From the IMG/VR virus record IMGVR_UViG_3300037183_000082, positions 16,635 through 80,634 of that record: 64,000 nt of DNA; one strand, 5' to 3'. The stretch is from a virus (lineage: Duplodnaviria; Caudoviricetes). Shown piece by piece: positions 27,348-36,474 of this stretch. The notes below the pieces were generated by a model. That model was given only the letters and a program-made list of their open reading frames with translations, did not search any database and had not been told where the DNA came from. Position 1 is the first letter of the stretch; each line of letters begins with the position of its first letter. Both the position numbers and the translations under genes were made by a program.

Positions 27348-28040
27348 ATGGTGAGTCAGGCCGCCGTCGACTTTCAGCCCGCGCAGATCACGACTGCGGA
27401 CGGTGCGACAGCCTATGCGCTCACGCCCGCGGATGTCTTGCTCGCAGCGCGCGCGGTCTCCTACGAGTCTAAAAAGGCGACCGATCCGGCAAAAGTCCTC
27501 TGGACGCTCACGCAGCGCTGGGTGCGCTGGCAGTGCATCGGCAAGCCCATGAGCTTCAAGGCTTCGACCGAGGGCTTTTCGCAGCCGATCAATCCTGCGT
27601 GGCGCGCAGGCGGCGCGAAATGCCAGCAGTACCCGGCCGACTGCAGCGCGGCGGCGCTCGCACGACGTGAGGCTGCCGCCGTAGCGACCTGGGACGATCT
27701 GCTCGCGCGCGACGATGCTGAGGGTCTCAACGCGGTCGCAGCGACCCGTCTTTGGGCGCAAGCACGCTTGCCGAACCCTGTGCCAACAGTGACCAACTTC
27801 GCCGTGGCCTCGGTCGCCGCCAATTACCTTTCTGCGAATCCGGCGAGCCGACTCTACGAGAAGGACGAAGACGGGCACTGGTACATCATCGACCCGCCTG
27901 CGACGCGCTGGCCGCTCAATTTTGTGACGATGGTGTCGCCGACAGGCGCGCGCGCAGGCCCCCTCGAAGGTCCTCGCACGATGCTGCGGCACGCGGCCGA
28001 TTCGTTCTGGGACGCGTTCAGTTTTCGATCCTATTGGTAA
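27348..28040 (+). CDS. possible SleB/Hydrolase_2-like cell-wall hydrolase
   Basis: DVLLAARAVSYES..VLWT..QR resembles the SleB N-terminal catalytic-Glu helix; weak. Confidence 0.45.
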   Translation: MVSQAAVDFQPAQITTADGATAYALTPADVLLAARAVSYESKKATDPAKVLWTLTQRWVRWQCIGKPMSFKASTEGFSQPINPAWRAGGAKCQQYPADCSAAALARREAAAVATWDDLLARDDAEGLNAVAATRLWAQARLPNPVPTVTNFAVASVAANYLSANPASRLYEKDEDGHWYIIDPPATRWPLNFVTMVSPTGARAGPLEGPRTMLRHAADSFWDAFSFRSYW

Positions 28041-28053
28041 AGGGGCCTGACGA

Positions 28054-28713
28054 ATGAAAAAGCTCACGGCAAAGCAGAAGCTTGCGCTCAAGCGTGTAGG
28101 GTGGGGCGCCTTCGCCGTCGGCACCGTCATGGCGGCGCGCGAGCTGTACCTCGCGCTCGGCCCGTGGCGGGATCAGCGTCGCGCGACCTTCGAGCAGGCC
28201 GCCGCACGTGCTTCCGCAACGCACAAGCAACTGATCGTGCTCGGGGACCCCGAGGGCACGCTCAGCTCTCGCATTCTGGGCCGATCGTGGCAGTGCGGCG
28301 CCATCTGCATCGACCCCAAGGGCTGCAGCCAGTGCGGCGGCCCGAGCGAGCATTCGATTCAGGGCCAGCCGCTCGATGTTTTGCGCACGATGGGCACAGG
28401 GAGCGCGGTCATCTACGACTCGGGTTTGTTCGCCAAGGCGGACGATCCCCAGGCACTCGCTGCCGAGATGGTGCGCGTGTCTGGCGGCGACATCTACATG
28501 TTCGACGTCAACAGGTTCTCGCTCACCTCCGTGTTCGAGCCCGGCCGACGCCGCATCATGCAGGCTTTGCCGCCGACCGATCCGCAGATCGCCTGGAAGC
28601 CCTTGTGGTGGCAGAAAGACCCGGGCGCCCACAGCGAGGCGCTGAAAGGTCTCGGAAGGGGCACCCGCGGTGCGCAGGGTCTCGGCACGGTGATCTGGGA
28701 ATACTACGAGTAA
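28054..28713 (+). CDS. membrane-anchored protein, possible degenerate SAM-MTase-like fold
   Basis: N-terminal TM; LIVLGDP..CG..CID..GC..C; EM.RVSG; two C-terminal GLG motifs. Confidence 0.5.
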   Translation: MKKLTAKQKLALKRVGWGAFAVGTVMAARELYLALGPWRDQRRATFEQAAARASATHKQLIVLGDPEGTLSSRILGRSWQCGAICIDPKGCSQCGGPSEHSIQGQPLDVLRTMGTGSAVIYDSGLFAKADDPQALAAEMVRVSGGDIYMFDVNRFSLTSVFEPGRRRIMQALPPTDPQIAWKPLWWQKDPGAHSEALKGLGRGTRGAQGLGTVIWEYYE

Positions 28714-28732
28714 CTCCCCGATCCCGCAGGGA

Positions 28733-29488
28733 TCAGCCTCCGCCGAACGCGTGCTCGGTCGCCAGCGGGTAGGCGTACTGCACATCGTACATTGCGCGCC
28801 CGAGCGGATCGGCGCCGCCGAGCGCCAAGGTGTACTGCGAGGTTGCGGTGCCCTCGTCGAACAGCGCACCGTCGAACTCGCGCGTCAAGCTCTGCGCTGT
28901 CCAGCAGTGCGATGTCAGTCCCGCGACGGCGTTGTGGATGTCCATCATGGAAGCTGTTTGTGCGAGCGCCTGTGCGTTCGAGATCGCGGCGTAGTCGAGC
29001 GTGATCGCGACGATTGCACCAGTAAACGGATCGTGACCACCCGCGTAGCCACAAAGCAAGGGCAGGGGGCTCGGCACGAACGGATCGCCCCCGCTGATCA
29101 CGGAGATCAATGTGCCGTTGCAGAATGAGGCGTAGTTGCCCGAACCGTCGTAGGTGAAATGCAAGATCAGGGGGTGGTTCGCGATGCCTGAGGCGTTGCA
29201 GTCGATACCGAGCTGCGCGCCGCCCGTACCTGTGCCCCAGGTCATGATGTACGAGGTGATCCTGCGATCGACGACGTTCTTGGTGAGCTGAAAGCCGGCG
29301 TCGACACCGGGATCGTTGCCGAAGATCCACTCGTCGTCGTCGGTGAGGTCGGTGCCGATCGGGAGGATGAAGGCCATGAGCGTCATCGCACCATTGCCGG
29401 GTACCGAACCTGAGCCTGCGGGGCCCTGCAGGAAGGCGCCAGATGCGAATTCCCCGAGCGTGATGAACTGCGTTTGTTGGGTCTGCAT
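28733..29488 (-). CDS. ConA/LamG-like beta-sandwich protein, paralog 1
   Basis: HFTYDG..Y..NG pattern, ~250 aa, aligns by eye with neighbours. Confidence 0.65.
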   Translation of the reverse strand: MQTQQTQFITLGEFASGAFLQGPAGSGSVPGNGAMTLMAFILPIGTDLTDDDEWIFGNDPGVDAGFQLTKNVVDRRITSYIMTWGTGTGGAQLGIDCNASGIANHPLILHFTYDGSGNYASFCNGTLISVISGGDPFVPSPLPLLCGYAGGHDPFTGAIVAITLDYAAISNAQALAQTASMMDIHNAVAGLTSHCWTAQSLTREFDGALFDEGTATSQYTLALGGADPLGRAMYDVQYAYPLATEHAFGGG

Positions 29489-29501
29489 GTTCGGGGTCCT
29501 T

Positions 29502-30260
29502 TCAGGTGATGTTGACGTAACGAGGGCTCGAATACGCCACGTCTGAGACGTAACGAATCGTGGGTAGTCCTGCGTTCGCGGTGAGGGTGATGGGCGATCC
29601 TGCGCCCGAGTCGGTGAGCGCGAGCGGGATGCCGCGCGTGGCGTTGTCGGCCGTCGACCACGCATGGTCGAAGAACCCTGCACCCGTAAACTGGTGCGCA
29701 GACATGCACGCGAGCGCGTGCTGCTCGACCTCGCTTGAGGAAAGTACAGCGTTGTTGAGCGCTGCACCGAGGATGGCTGTGTTGATGGTGGCTGCAGGGC
29801 CTGCGATGCCGCCCCCGAGCAAAATTGGCGATGCGCCCGCCGGGACGAACGGGTGCGCGAGCGTGAACGACACCGCAAGTCCGCCGTTCACAAAAGCCGC
29901 AAGGTTTGTACCCATCGTCAGCACGAACGTGAGCACGACGGGGCGGCCCGCCACGGTGCCGGCTTCGAGTGAGACGTCGAAAAGTTCGGCTGGGTGGGTG
30001 CCCTCACCCAACTGAATGGCGAAGTCGACATACCCATCGGCGACGCCGCTGCGCGCAACGAAAAGCCCGTCCGTTTGATCGTTGGTGATCGCTGCGAACA
30101 GAATCTCTGAAGTGGCGTTCGGTTGCGCTGCGACGCTTTGCAGCATAAGCGAAAGGCTGAAATCGCCGACGATGGCGCCCGCGCCAGCCGGGCCGGCGTA
30201 GCAGTCAGCGGTGCTCTGCCAGCCTGCGAGGCCGACGGTTTGCGTTTGCTTGGTCGACAT
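29502..30260 (-). CDS. ConA/LamG-like beta-sandwich protein, paralog 2
   Basis: shared GPAG, FVNG, M.AH..HAWS motifs. Confidence 0.65.
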   Translation of the reverse strand: MSTKQTQTVGLAGWQSTADCYAGPAGAGAIVGDFSLSLMLQSVAAQPNATSEILFAAITNDQTDGLFVARSGVADGYVDFAIQLGEGTHPAELFDVSLEAGTVAGRPVVLTFVLTMGTNLAAFVNGGLAVSFTLAHPFVPAGASPILLGGGIAGPAATINTAILGAALNNAVLSSSEVEQHALACMSAHQFTGAGFFDHAWSTADNATRGIPLALTDSGAGSPITLTANAGLPTIRYVSDVAYSSPRYVNIT

Positions 30261-30262
30261 GA

Positions 30263-30994
30263 TCAGCCCCCCTCGACGAGCACGGGGCTCGCGAATTGCA
30301 CGTCTGCGATGAAACGTTCGGCGCCGCCGAGGCCCACGCGCAACATCGGTACGTTGCCCACCTGGCTCAGATCTTTGAGGATCGCCGGGTTGTCGCGCGC
30401 ACCGTCTTGTTGGAACGACCAGAGGTGATCGTAGTTACCCGGGATGATGTCGTGTGCTGCCATCGATTGGCACACCTCGCTCTCGACGTCTTCCTGGGTG
30501 AGTGCAATGGATGCGAGCGCCGCGGACAGAATCACGGTGCTGCCGTTGGTGGGGGCGCCGATGCTGGCGCCGAGGCGCGCAATGGTCCCGGCAACGGGCG
30601 GGTTGGCGAGCGACAGGGAGCCGCATGGAGTCCCGTTGGCGTAGCCACTGAGCGCGCTTTCACCGTCGTAGACGAAGTGCAGAAACAGCCCCGCGCCGAC
30701 GACGCTGTTGCCGTAGAGGTTCATGGTGAAGGCCTCGACCGCACCCCCCTCGCCCACCTGACACTCGAATGCGGCTGCGTTGGTTGCCATCCGCGCGACG
30801 CGAATGCCGTCATTGCCGGTGAGCGTCGAGAAGATCGTCTCAGTGGTCTCCGAATCGGAGACCAGCCGGATGCAGCGCACGAATAGTGCGAGCGTCCAGG
30901 CGGCACTCCCAGGGCCTACGGGTGCCGCGGTTGCGTAGTGGTTGGCCTCGTCCGTAGAGCAGACCCCGATGAGTTTCGTCTGAGCAACTGACAT
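30263..30994 (-). CDS. ConA/LamG-like beta-sandwich protein, paralog 3
   Basis: HFVYDG..YANG, MAAH..HLWS; GGAGG RBS. Confidence 0.65.
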   Translation of the reverse strand: MSVAQTKLIGVCSTDEANHYATAAPVGPGSAAWTLALFVRCIRLVSDSETTETIFSTLTGNDGIRVARMATNAAAFECQVGEGGAVEAFTMNLYGNSVVGAGLFLHFVYDGESALSGYANGTPCGSLSLANPPVAGTIARLGASIGAPTNGSTVILSAALASIALTQEDVESEVCQSMAAHDIIPGNYDHLWSFQQDGARDNPAILKDLSQVGNVPMLRVGLGGAERFIADVQFASPVLVEGG

Positions 30995-31030
30995 TCGCAC
31001 CCTCCTCCAAAGCGCCGATCCTACCTCAAC

Positions 31031-31348
31031 TTGCCGCTTTACAGCCCGAGCCCGCGGCCGTACACACGCGACTGGGGGTGCGGTTTGGCGAAACGCAAGC
31101 GCGATGCGGACGAGGACGATGATAAAGCGGCAGGCGCGCCCGACCGCTGCGATGCTTGCGGCGGGCTCATGCGCCGGTGTGGGGGCTGGGAGCAAGCGCT
31201 CGCAGTGTGCGTGTGCTCGAAGCAATCGAGCTTCAAGCACGGGCCGCAACCAGTCCGGGGTGACGACTTCTCCGATGTGCTCACCCACGGCGGGCACCTC
31301 GCGCACCCGGGCAGCTTCGGTGCCTTTGCCGGCGCGCGCTCACGCTAG
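31031..31348 (+). CDS. hypothetical protein with CxxC...CxC
   Basis: ORF fills the gap; start uncertain. Confidence 0.4.
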   Translation: MPLYSPSPRPYTRDWGCGLAKRKRDADEDDDKAAGAPDRCDACGGLMRRCGGWEQALAVCVCSKQSSFKHGPQPVRGDDFSDVLTHGGHLAHPGSFGAFAGARSR

Positions 31349-31566
31349 GGCGGCGGTTCGGGCTCCTCTTTCGACGGCGGATCGGTGTCGCGGCCCTGGC
31401 CGTGCTTGATCCCCGCGTCGAAGGCCTTGGCGATGGCGGCGCGCACGATGTACTGCGCCTTTTGCGAGATCGGCAGCCCTTCGAGCGCATCCAGCTCGCG
31501 CACGGCACCCTCGATCAGGCGTCGCAGCACGGAAATGGCGCGCATGGTTCGTGTGTGGGGTGACAT
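31345..31566 (-). CDS. small hypothetical protein
   Basis: helical 73-aa ORF. Confidence 0.5.
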   Translation of the reverse strand: MSPHTRTMRAISVLRRLIEGAVRELDALEGLPISQKAQYIVRAAIAKAFDAGIKHGQGRDTDPPSKEEPEPPP

Positions 31567-31740
31567 CCGGGGACCATCGTACTTGACCGGCAGGCCCTTC
31601 GGGCCTTACGGTTTTCTGACAACCGCGGTGGCTTCTGGACTCCCCGTCCCTGGTGCCCCACCCCCGGACCCGCACGGTGACCCCGCGTGGGCCCTGGGTC
31701 TAGACAGGGGGCCCGCTCCTAGGCCATCGTCGCCACCACG

Positions 31741-32085
31741 GTGCTGCACGAGGCCTTCAACCTGTTCTGGTGCGTGGTGGGCTGGCTGCTCCCCTGTATC
31801 GCGGTGCTCTGGCTCGTCCTGCGCCCAGCCATCGACGCTGCCCTCAAGCCTGGGCAGTACGTTTACGGCGGCGGGTGTGCGCAAACCCCGTTCGATTCAC
31901 CCCGACACGCCTTGCCAAGTGTGTCGCAACACCACCCGCGCGTGCGCCACCTAACATCTGGTGTCGTTGCGCACATCCTACGTGGGATCGGCGGGACGCG
32001 AGGGATTGGACCTCGGACAGTCCGCAACCTTAGGCTAATTTGGCCAGTGCCCCGGGCGCGTTCACGTGCGTTCCGGGGTTTTTAG
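31741..32085 (+). CDS. possible small membrane protein
   Basis: N-terminal TM. Confidence 0.4.
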   Translation: MLHEAFNLFWCVVGWLLPCIAVLWLVLRPAIDAALKPGQYVYGGGCAQTPFDSPRHALPSVSQHHPRVRHLTSGVVAHILRGIGGTRGIGPRTVRNLRLIWPVPRARSRAFRGF

Positions 32086-32317
32086 TGTCCAGTGAGTCCC
32101 GAGAGAATTTGCGAAAAGCGATAGGGCTCCGTGGGGTTTTCCCGATCGCGGCATATAGGAGCTGTGGCAGCCTAGAACGTGCCGCAAGGCTTCTTGCTTT
32201 GAACTGGGCCCGCGGAGAATCGGCAAGGGAGCGGGGTTTTCCGCGGGCCTGGGGCTCTTTCCGATCTTGCGCAGGTGCGTGTCCTACAATAGTGTCACGC
32301 CCGATTGGGGGAACGAC

Positions 32318-32521
32318 ATGGACGATCGGGTCCAGGAGTTGTGTCGTGTGATTCACGACATGACGAATGCTTTTGCACGCCTAAATTTGGCCGCAGAGGT
32401 CGCGGTGAGTCGCATGCCCGGGGTGGACACCACCTCGCTCGTGCGGGAACGGCACGCGGCTCAGCGCGCCTTCATCGCAGCCTTTGACCGCGCAGCGACG
32501 GTTGTGTCGTGCCCGCCATGA
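32318..32521 (+). CDS. hypothetical protein
   Basis: TACAAT promoter box and GGGGG RBS upstream. Confidence 0.6.
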   Translation: MDDRVQELCRVIHDMTNAFARLNLAAEVAVSRMPGVDTTSLVRERHAAQRAFIAAFDRAATVVSCPP

Positions 32522-33096
32522 ACACGGCGAGCGCGGACCTGTTCGCGGTTCCGCTCCACTCGGCGCGCTTCAAGGGGTTCGAGCAGCAAGCACCTGCGCT
32601 GCTCTCGGACATCGCGCTCGTTGCAGGACAGCCGAGCCCTGTGCACGCGAGCAACCAGCACGCCTGGCACTCCGACCGCGAGTTTCACCTGCGCAATGGC
32701 ATGGCCTACAGCTGGCTGCGCAGCTCGATTCTGGCTTTCGCGCGAGCTGCAATGCCCAAGGGACCTCCGTTCCGCATCACCGAGTGCTGGGCCATCTCGA
32801 CACCCTTTGGTGGGTTCATGACCCCCCACACGCATTTCCCCTCGCCCTTGTCGGGCGTGCTCTACCTAGCCGCCGAGCGTGCGACGACACCCGACGTCGC
32901 AGACCGAGCGGGCAAGCTGGAGCTGTTCAACCCCGTCACCATGCCCGAGATGTTTGGGGCGCCGACGAGCGTGGTGATCGCACCGATCGATGGCGTCGCC
33001 CTGCTGTTCCCGGGCTGCCTGAGCCACATGGTGCACCCGAACCGCACTGACGAGGCCCGCGTCTCGATCTCTTTCAACCTGGGGTTTGCTGCGTGA
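32518..33096 (+). CDS. 2OG-Fe(II) oxygenase (TIGR02466-like)
   Basis: HTH..SGVLYL, LFPG.L.HMV.PN, RVSISFN. Confidence 0.85.
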   Translation: MNTASADLFAVPLHSARFKGFEQQAPALLSDIALVAGQPSPVHASNQHAWHSDREFHLRNGMAYSWLRSSILAFARAAMPKGPPFRITECWAISTPFGGFMTPHTHFPSPLSGVLYLAAERATTPDVADRAGKLELFNPVTMPEMFGAPTSVVIAPIDGVALLFPGCLSHMVHPNRTDEARVSISFNLGFAA

Positions 33097-33329
33097 TCTG
33101 GACCGACAAATGCAAAGAACACGTGTTGTACTTCGGCAATCGCGAGATCGTTGTGCATCGGCATATCGACTTCCCCGCCGACAAGTGGCTCCTGACTTGT
33201 CGGGACATTCGGCTCGTGCAGTACCCGCTGGCTTGCAAGGATCTGGACGCTGCAAAGCACGAGGCTGTGAGCGCGGTGCGCACACGCTTGCGGGAAGCGT
33301 TACATGACCTCGACGAGGCCTGCGCATGA
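33093..33329 (+). CDS. hypothetical protein
   Basis: GTGA-coupled ORF. Confidence 0.6.
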   Translation: MIWTDKCKEHVLYFGNREIVVHRHIDFPADKWLLTCRDIRLVQYPLACKDLDAAKHEAVSAVRTRLREALHDLDEACA

Positions 33330-33634
33330 TGAACACCTTTTGCACCTGCAAGTGGTGGCAGTATTTGCCGTTCTTTACGCCCTGTGCGTGCTGTCTCGAC
33401 AGGATCGCGCGCTACGTGCCGCCGCCCGAACCTACACCGCGGATCGATGATCCCGAGCGTGAGTTGCTCGACGACCTTGCAACGATCGCTGTGGGTGTCG
33501 TGGTCGGCAAGGCAGTCAGCTCGCTGTTTGATGACAATGGCAGCGGCTCGACTGAGGGTGATTCCAGCTCGCCGCCTGACATCGAGGGTGGTGGTGGTGG
33601 TTTTGGTGGCGGCGGCGCTAGCGGGGAGTGGTGA
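33326..33634 (+). CDS. hypothetical protein with GGGGFGGGGASGEW tail
   Basis: conserved Gly-rich C-terminal motif of TPM-domain-associated type. Confidence 0.65.
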   Translation: MMNTFCTCKWWQYLPFFTPCACCLDRIARYVPPPEPTPRIDDPERELLDDLATIAVGVVVGKAVSSLFDDNGSGSTEGDSSSPPDIEGGGGGFGGGGASGEW

Positions 33635-34014
33635 TGCCACGCGTTCCTGTTCAGTGGACCGCTGCAAGGGACTGCGAAAGGTGCCTTGGGGCAGGTTATT
33701 ACGAGTCGAGCGGTTTTAGTCTCGACCTGTGCCACTGCCTGCAAGCAGTGCGGTATATTTGTCCGCCGCCGCTGTCTGAAGTACCGCTGTCTGAAGCACC
33801 CACAAAGCATCTGGGGGCACACCTTCGCTACGATGAGCCCGACGAAACAGGCTCGCTCCTCGTGAGCACGCAAGAGCTCGCCCCTGCGCGCTTGTTTCAG
33901 GTGCCGGGCAGCCTCGATGAAGCGCTGGCCCTGCTCGACGCGTGCACGCGGCACCTGCGCGAGGCTCAGCGCGAGCTGCAGCGCGCCTTCGTGGCGCTCG
34001 GGAGGCGGACATGA
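33634..34014 (+). CDS. hypothetical protein (CxxCxGxG...CxC)
   Basis: TGATG coupling. Confidence 0.6.
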   Translation: MPRVPVQWTAARDCERCLGAGYYESSGFSLDLCHCLQAVRYICPPPLSEVPLSEAPTKHLGAHLRYDEPDETGSLLVSTQELAPARLFQVPGSLDEALALLDACTRHLREAQRELQRAFVALGRRT

Positions 34015-34121
34015 CTTTGCCGATCGGCCAACCACCCCCGACCCCTGATTGGGTCGCGTGGCTCGGCTGGGCTTTGATAGCCTTGTCGGTGGCATCTTTT
34101 CTGTGGGGGAAGCGCACGTGA
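34011..34121 (+). CDS. 36-aa single-TM peptide (not in ORF track)
   Basis: GGAGG RBS; ATGA/GTGA coupling on both sides. Confidence 0.55.
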   Translation: MTLPIGQPPPTPDWVAWLGWALIALSVASFLWGKRT

Positions 34122-34537
34122 ACTACAACCAACAGAAGCGCGCTGTCGTCGAAGCTTTGTTGCCCCTGTGCCCTTTCCTTGCGGTGGATGGGACGCATCC
34201 TGGCATGCTCCTACCGCCCGACCTGCACGTCGCGGACCTGGTGCTGCGTATCGGTTCGACCCCAACCGTGATCGACGTTCCTCAGCTCATTTTCACCGAC
34301 GAGGCTTGGACTGGGGTGATCAGCCAGCACGGGCGCTTGTCGACGATCATCGTGCCCTGGACGGCAGTCAGCAGGCTCTGGATCGGGCCGCCCTTCGAGG
34401 GCCCTGTGGTGCTTTGGCCTGATGCAGCCCAGGTCCCACTGCCCCCCAAACCTCCCAAGCTCGGCCTCGTGCATTCCGTGCGTGAGCCACTTGAGCCGCC
34501 GGCACCTCTTGAGCCATTTCCCGGCAAGAGCGCGTGA
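34118..34537 (+). CDS. SspB-like ClpXP adaptor homolog
   Basis: KR.VVE.LL..VDG..PG..LP..L..VPQL..D....IS..G....VPW.AV pattern. Confidence 0.6.
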   Translation: MNYNQQKRAVVEALLPLCPFLAVDGTHPGMLLPPDLHVADLVLRIGSTPTVIDVPQLIFTDEAWTGVISQHGRLSTIIVPWTAVSRLWIGPPFEGPVVLWPDAAQVPLPPKPPKLGLVHSVREPLEPPAPLEPFPGKSA

Positions 34538-34538
34538 C

Positions 34539-34973
34539 GTGGCCAACCAGTACACGACGCCTGTGCCTGTCGCCGAGCGCTTCGCGGCGTTCACGAAGCG
34601 GTGTGAGGTCACAGGCTGTCTGATCTGGACAGGGGCCACGCGGAAGGCATCGCGAGCGCGGCGCTACCGCGGAGGTCACACGCTGCCGCACGGGCGCTTC
34701 AACCTGCATGGCAAAGCACGCTCGGCTCACCGCGTTTCGTACATGCTCTATCACGGCTTTTCCGACTGCACGATTGCCGACTTCGGCTTGCTTGAGCACG
34801 GGTGCGACAACCCGCGCTGCGTCGAACCGACGCACCTTTTCGAGAGCGATCACAGCGCGAACCTGCAGAGTGCTTACGACCGGGGCCGGCGCAAGCCAGC
34901 ACCTGAGGTTGCGCTCGCAGAGCTGTTTGACTTCTTCGACTCGAATCCGATGTACGCGACTGCTGCCGAGTGA
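34539..34973 (+). CDS. HNH (HNH_3-type) homing endonuclease
   Basis: CLIWTG, AHRVSY, H.CDNPRCV.P.HL, N. Confidence 0.9.
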   Translation: MANQYTTPVPVAERFAAFTKRCEVTGCLIWTGATRKASRARRYRGGHTLPHGRFNLHGKARSAHRVSYMLYHGFSDCTIADFGLLEHGCDNPRCVEPTHLFESDHSANLQSAYDRGRRKPAPEVALAELFDFFDSNPMYATAAE

Positions 34974-34988
34974 AAGGACAGACCGACC

Positions 34989-35186
34989 ATGAGCATCACG
35001 AAGAACCGCGCCATTGCGCGCGGCCATCTGGAAGTCGACGCGCTGAGTGACATCTTGCGTGCGCTCGAAAAGCTCACCAAGAAAGAGCAGGCGCGTGTGA
35101 TCGCTTACGCTGCGGATAAGCAGTTTGGGTGGCAACTCTGGTCGGACGCTGCCACCGTGCGGGAAGAAGAGTTAGAACCACGATGA
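34989..35186 (+). CDS. hypothetical protein
   Basis: GAAAGGACAG start motif. Confidence 0.7.
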   Translation: MSITKNRAIARGHLEVDALSDILRALEKLTKKEQARVIAYAADKQFGWQLWSDAATVREEELEPR

Positions 35187-35500
35187 CCGCAGAGCCGCTC
35201 AAGATTCTGCAGCCGGACGACCTCGTTGAGGTCCCGCCAGGACGGCGCTTGTTCCTGGACATCACCCCGGGCCAGCGTCTCGCCATGACCACAAAAGACG
35301 GCGTGCTGCTCAACATCGAAGTGAGCATGCGCTTCAACGAAGTCGGCGGCGAGCGCCGGGAGTTCTGGCGCGGTGAGACGCCCTCGGGGCAGGTCGTGTA
35401 TTTCGAGCTGCGCCACGTGCAGGACATCGCTCCCACGCGCTCGACCTCGGGGCTGTTCAAAGCCCTGCGCGACCTGTTTCGGGGTCCCAGTGAGCGATGA
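35183..35500 (+). CDS. hypothetical protein
   Basis: ATGA coupling. Confidence 0.65.
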   Translation: MTAEPLKILQPDDLVEVPPGRRLFLDITPGQRLAMTTKDGVLLNIEVSMRFNEVGGERREFWRGETPSGQVVYFELRHVQDIAPTRSTSGLFKALRDLFRGPSER

Positions 35501-35705
35501 GGCGACGCCTGCGCAACCTTGCGAGGCCTGGGTCGCGCTCGGCCCAATGCGCATCCAGTGTGCTGGGCTCAAGGATCACGAGGGCCCGCACAGCGTGACG
35601 TTTCGCGGCATCTCGGACACCGACCACAAGCGCATCGATGGACAGATTGTTTGGACGCTCGTGCCCTACCTGCGCGCGCTCCCGAAAGTAAAGGACGGAC
35701 CATGA
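35490..35705 (+). CDS. small hypothetical protein (C...H.GPH)
   Basis: overlapping ORF; start uncertain. Confidence 0.5.
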   Translation: MSDEATPAQPCEAWVALGPMRIQCAGLKDHEGPHSVTFRGISDTDHKRIDGQIVWTLVPYLRALPKVKDGP

Positions 35706-35917
35706 CTTTTCTCGAAAAACTAAGCCTCACCTGGGCCTGGCTCTGTGGCGATCGCAACCTACGCCAGCTGCTCGACGAGGCGCTCTCGGCACTTGAGGAT
35801 GCGGAACGCGTCATTGAAGCGGCCAAGGCCTACTGCGAGGCGCCGGGCGGCGAGGACACCGAAGAACTTGGGGCACTTGCCACGGCCGTGGGCGCGTACC
35901 TGCAGAAACACCGATGA
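35702..35917 (+). CDS. hypothetical protein
   Basis: AAGGAC RBS, ATGA coupling. Confidence 0.6.
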   Translation: MTFLEKLSLTWAWLCGDRNLRQLLDEALSALEDAERVIEAAKAYCEAPGGEDTEELGALATAVGAYLQKHR

Positions 35918-36126
35918 AAGCGTGCTGCTGGAAGCTCGAAAACCGCCAGTACGAGACGCTGCCGGATGGCACGCTCGTGGTGCGCGAGAGTCGCAAAAAG
36001 CTCCTCTACCACTGGCGCTGCGCGGGCTGCGAGGCGGTCTACTCGACCGAGCAACGCCCGAAGGACGGCGCCTACACACCCTTGGTGCAGGCACAGCGCA
36101 GGCTCGCCACGCGCGTACGTCCCTGA
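35914..36126 (+). CDS. small hypothetical protein
   Basis: ATGA coupling. Confidence 0.55.
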   Translation: MKACCWKLENRQYETLPDGTLVVRESRKKLLYHWRCAGCEAVYSTEQRPKDGAYTPLVQAQRRLATRVRP

Positions 36127-36153
36127 AAGGGGGCTGTCCCACTATAGGGTGAC

Positions 36154-36474
36154 GTGGCTCGGCTTTTGCACACATACGCGCACGCGCAATACGCGCGCCT
36201 CCTGGGCGAGACACAACGCCCCGAACGTGAGCTTGAGGTACGCACAATGGGACAGATCAGCACCGACCACCAAAATCCACTGAACAAGTTCTTAGTGGGA
36301 CAGAACGCTGACGGGACGCAGGTCGCGATCTTGAAGCCGCCAAAGCTCCTTCGACCTGCAGACGCGCTTCTGCTCGCGGCGTGGCTTGTCGACGCAGCCG
36401 ACCCGAGCCCCGACCTCGGCTCGTTCAAGTCGATGTTGTACAGCGTGCAGGGGCGCGTCCGGCGAAGCGGCTAA
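36154..36474 (+). CDS. hypothetical protein
   Basis: 106-aa ORF convergent with next gene; start uncertain. Confidence 0.55.
   Translation: MARLLHTYAHAQYARLLGETQRPERELEVRTMGQISTDHQNPLNKFLVGQNADGTQVAILKPPKLLRPADALLLAAWLVDAADPSPDLGSFKSMLYSVQGRVRRSG

Noticed and set aside
32207-32249. GGCCCGCGGA/TCCGCGGGCC inverted repeat as a special element
   Set aside because: Single 10-bp GC-rich stem, expected at this composition; at most a terminator or 5' hairpin
34539-34973. HNH as terminase-associated nuclease
   Set aside because: No terminase nearby, and motifs fit free-standing HNH_3 homing endonucleases
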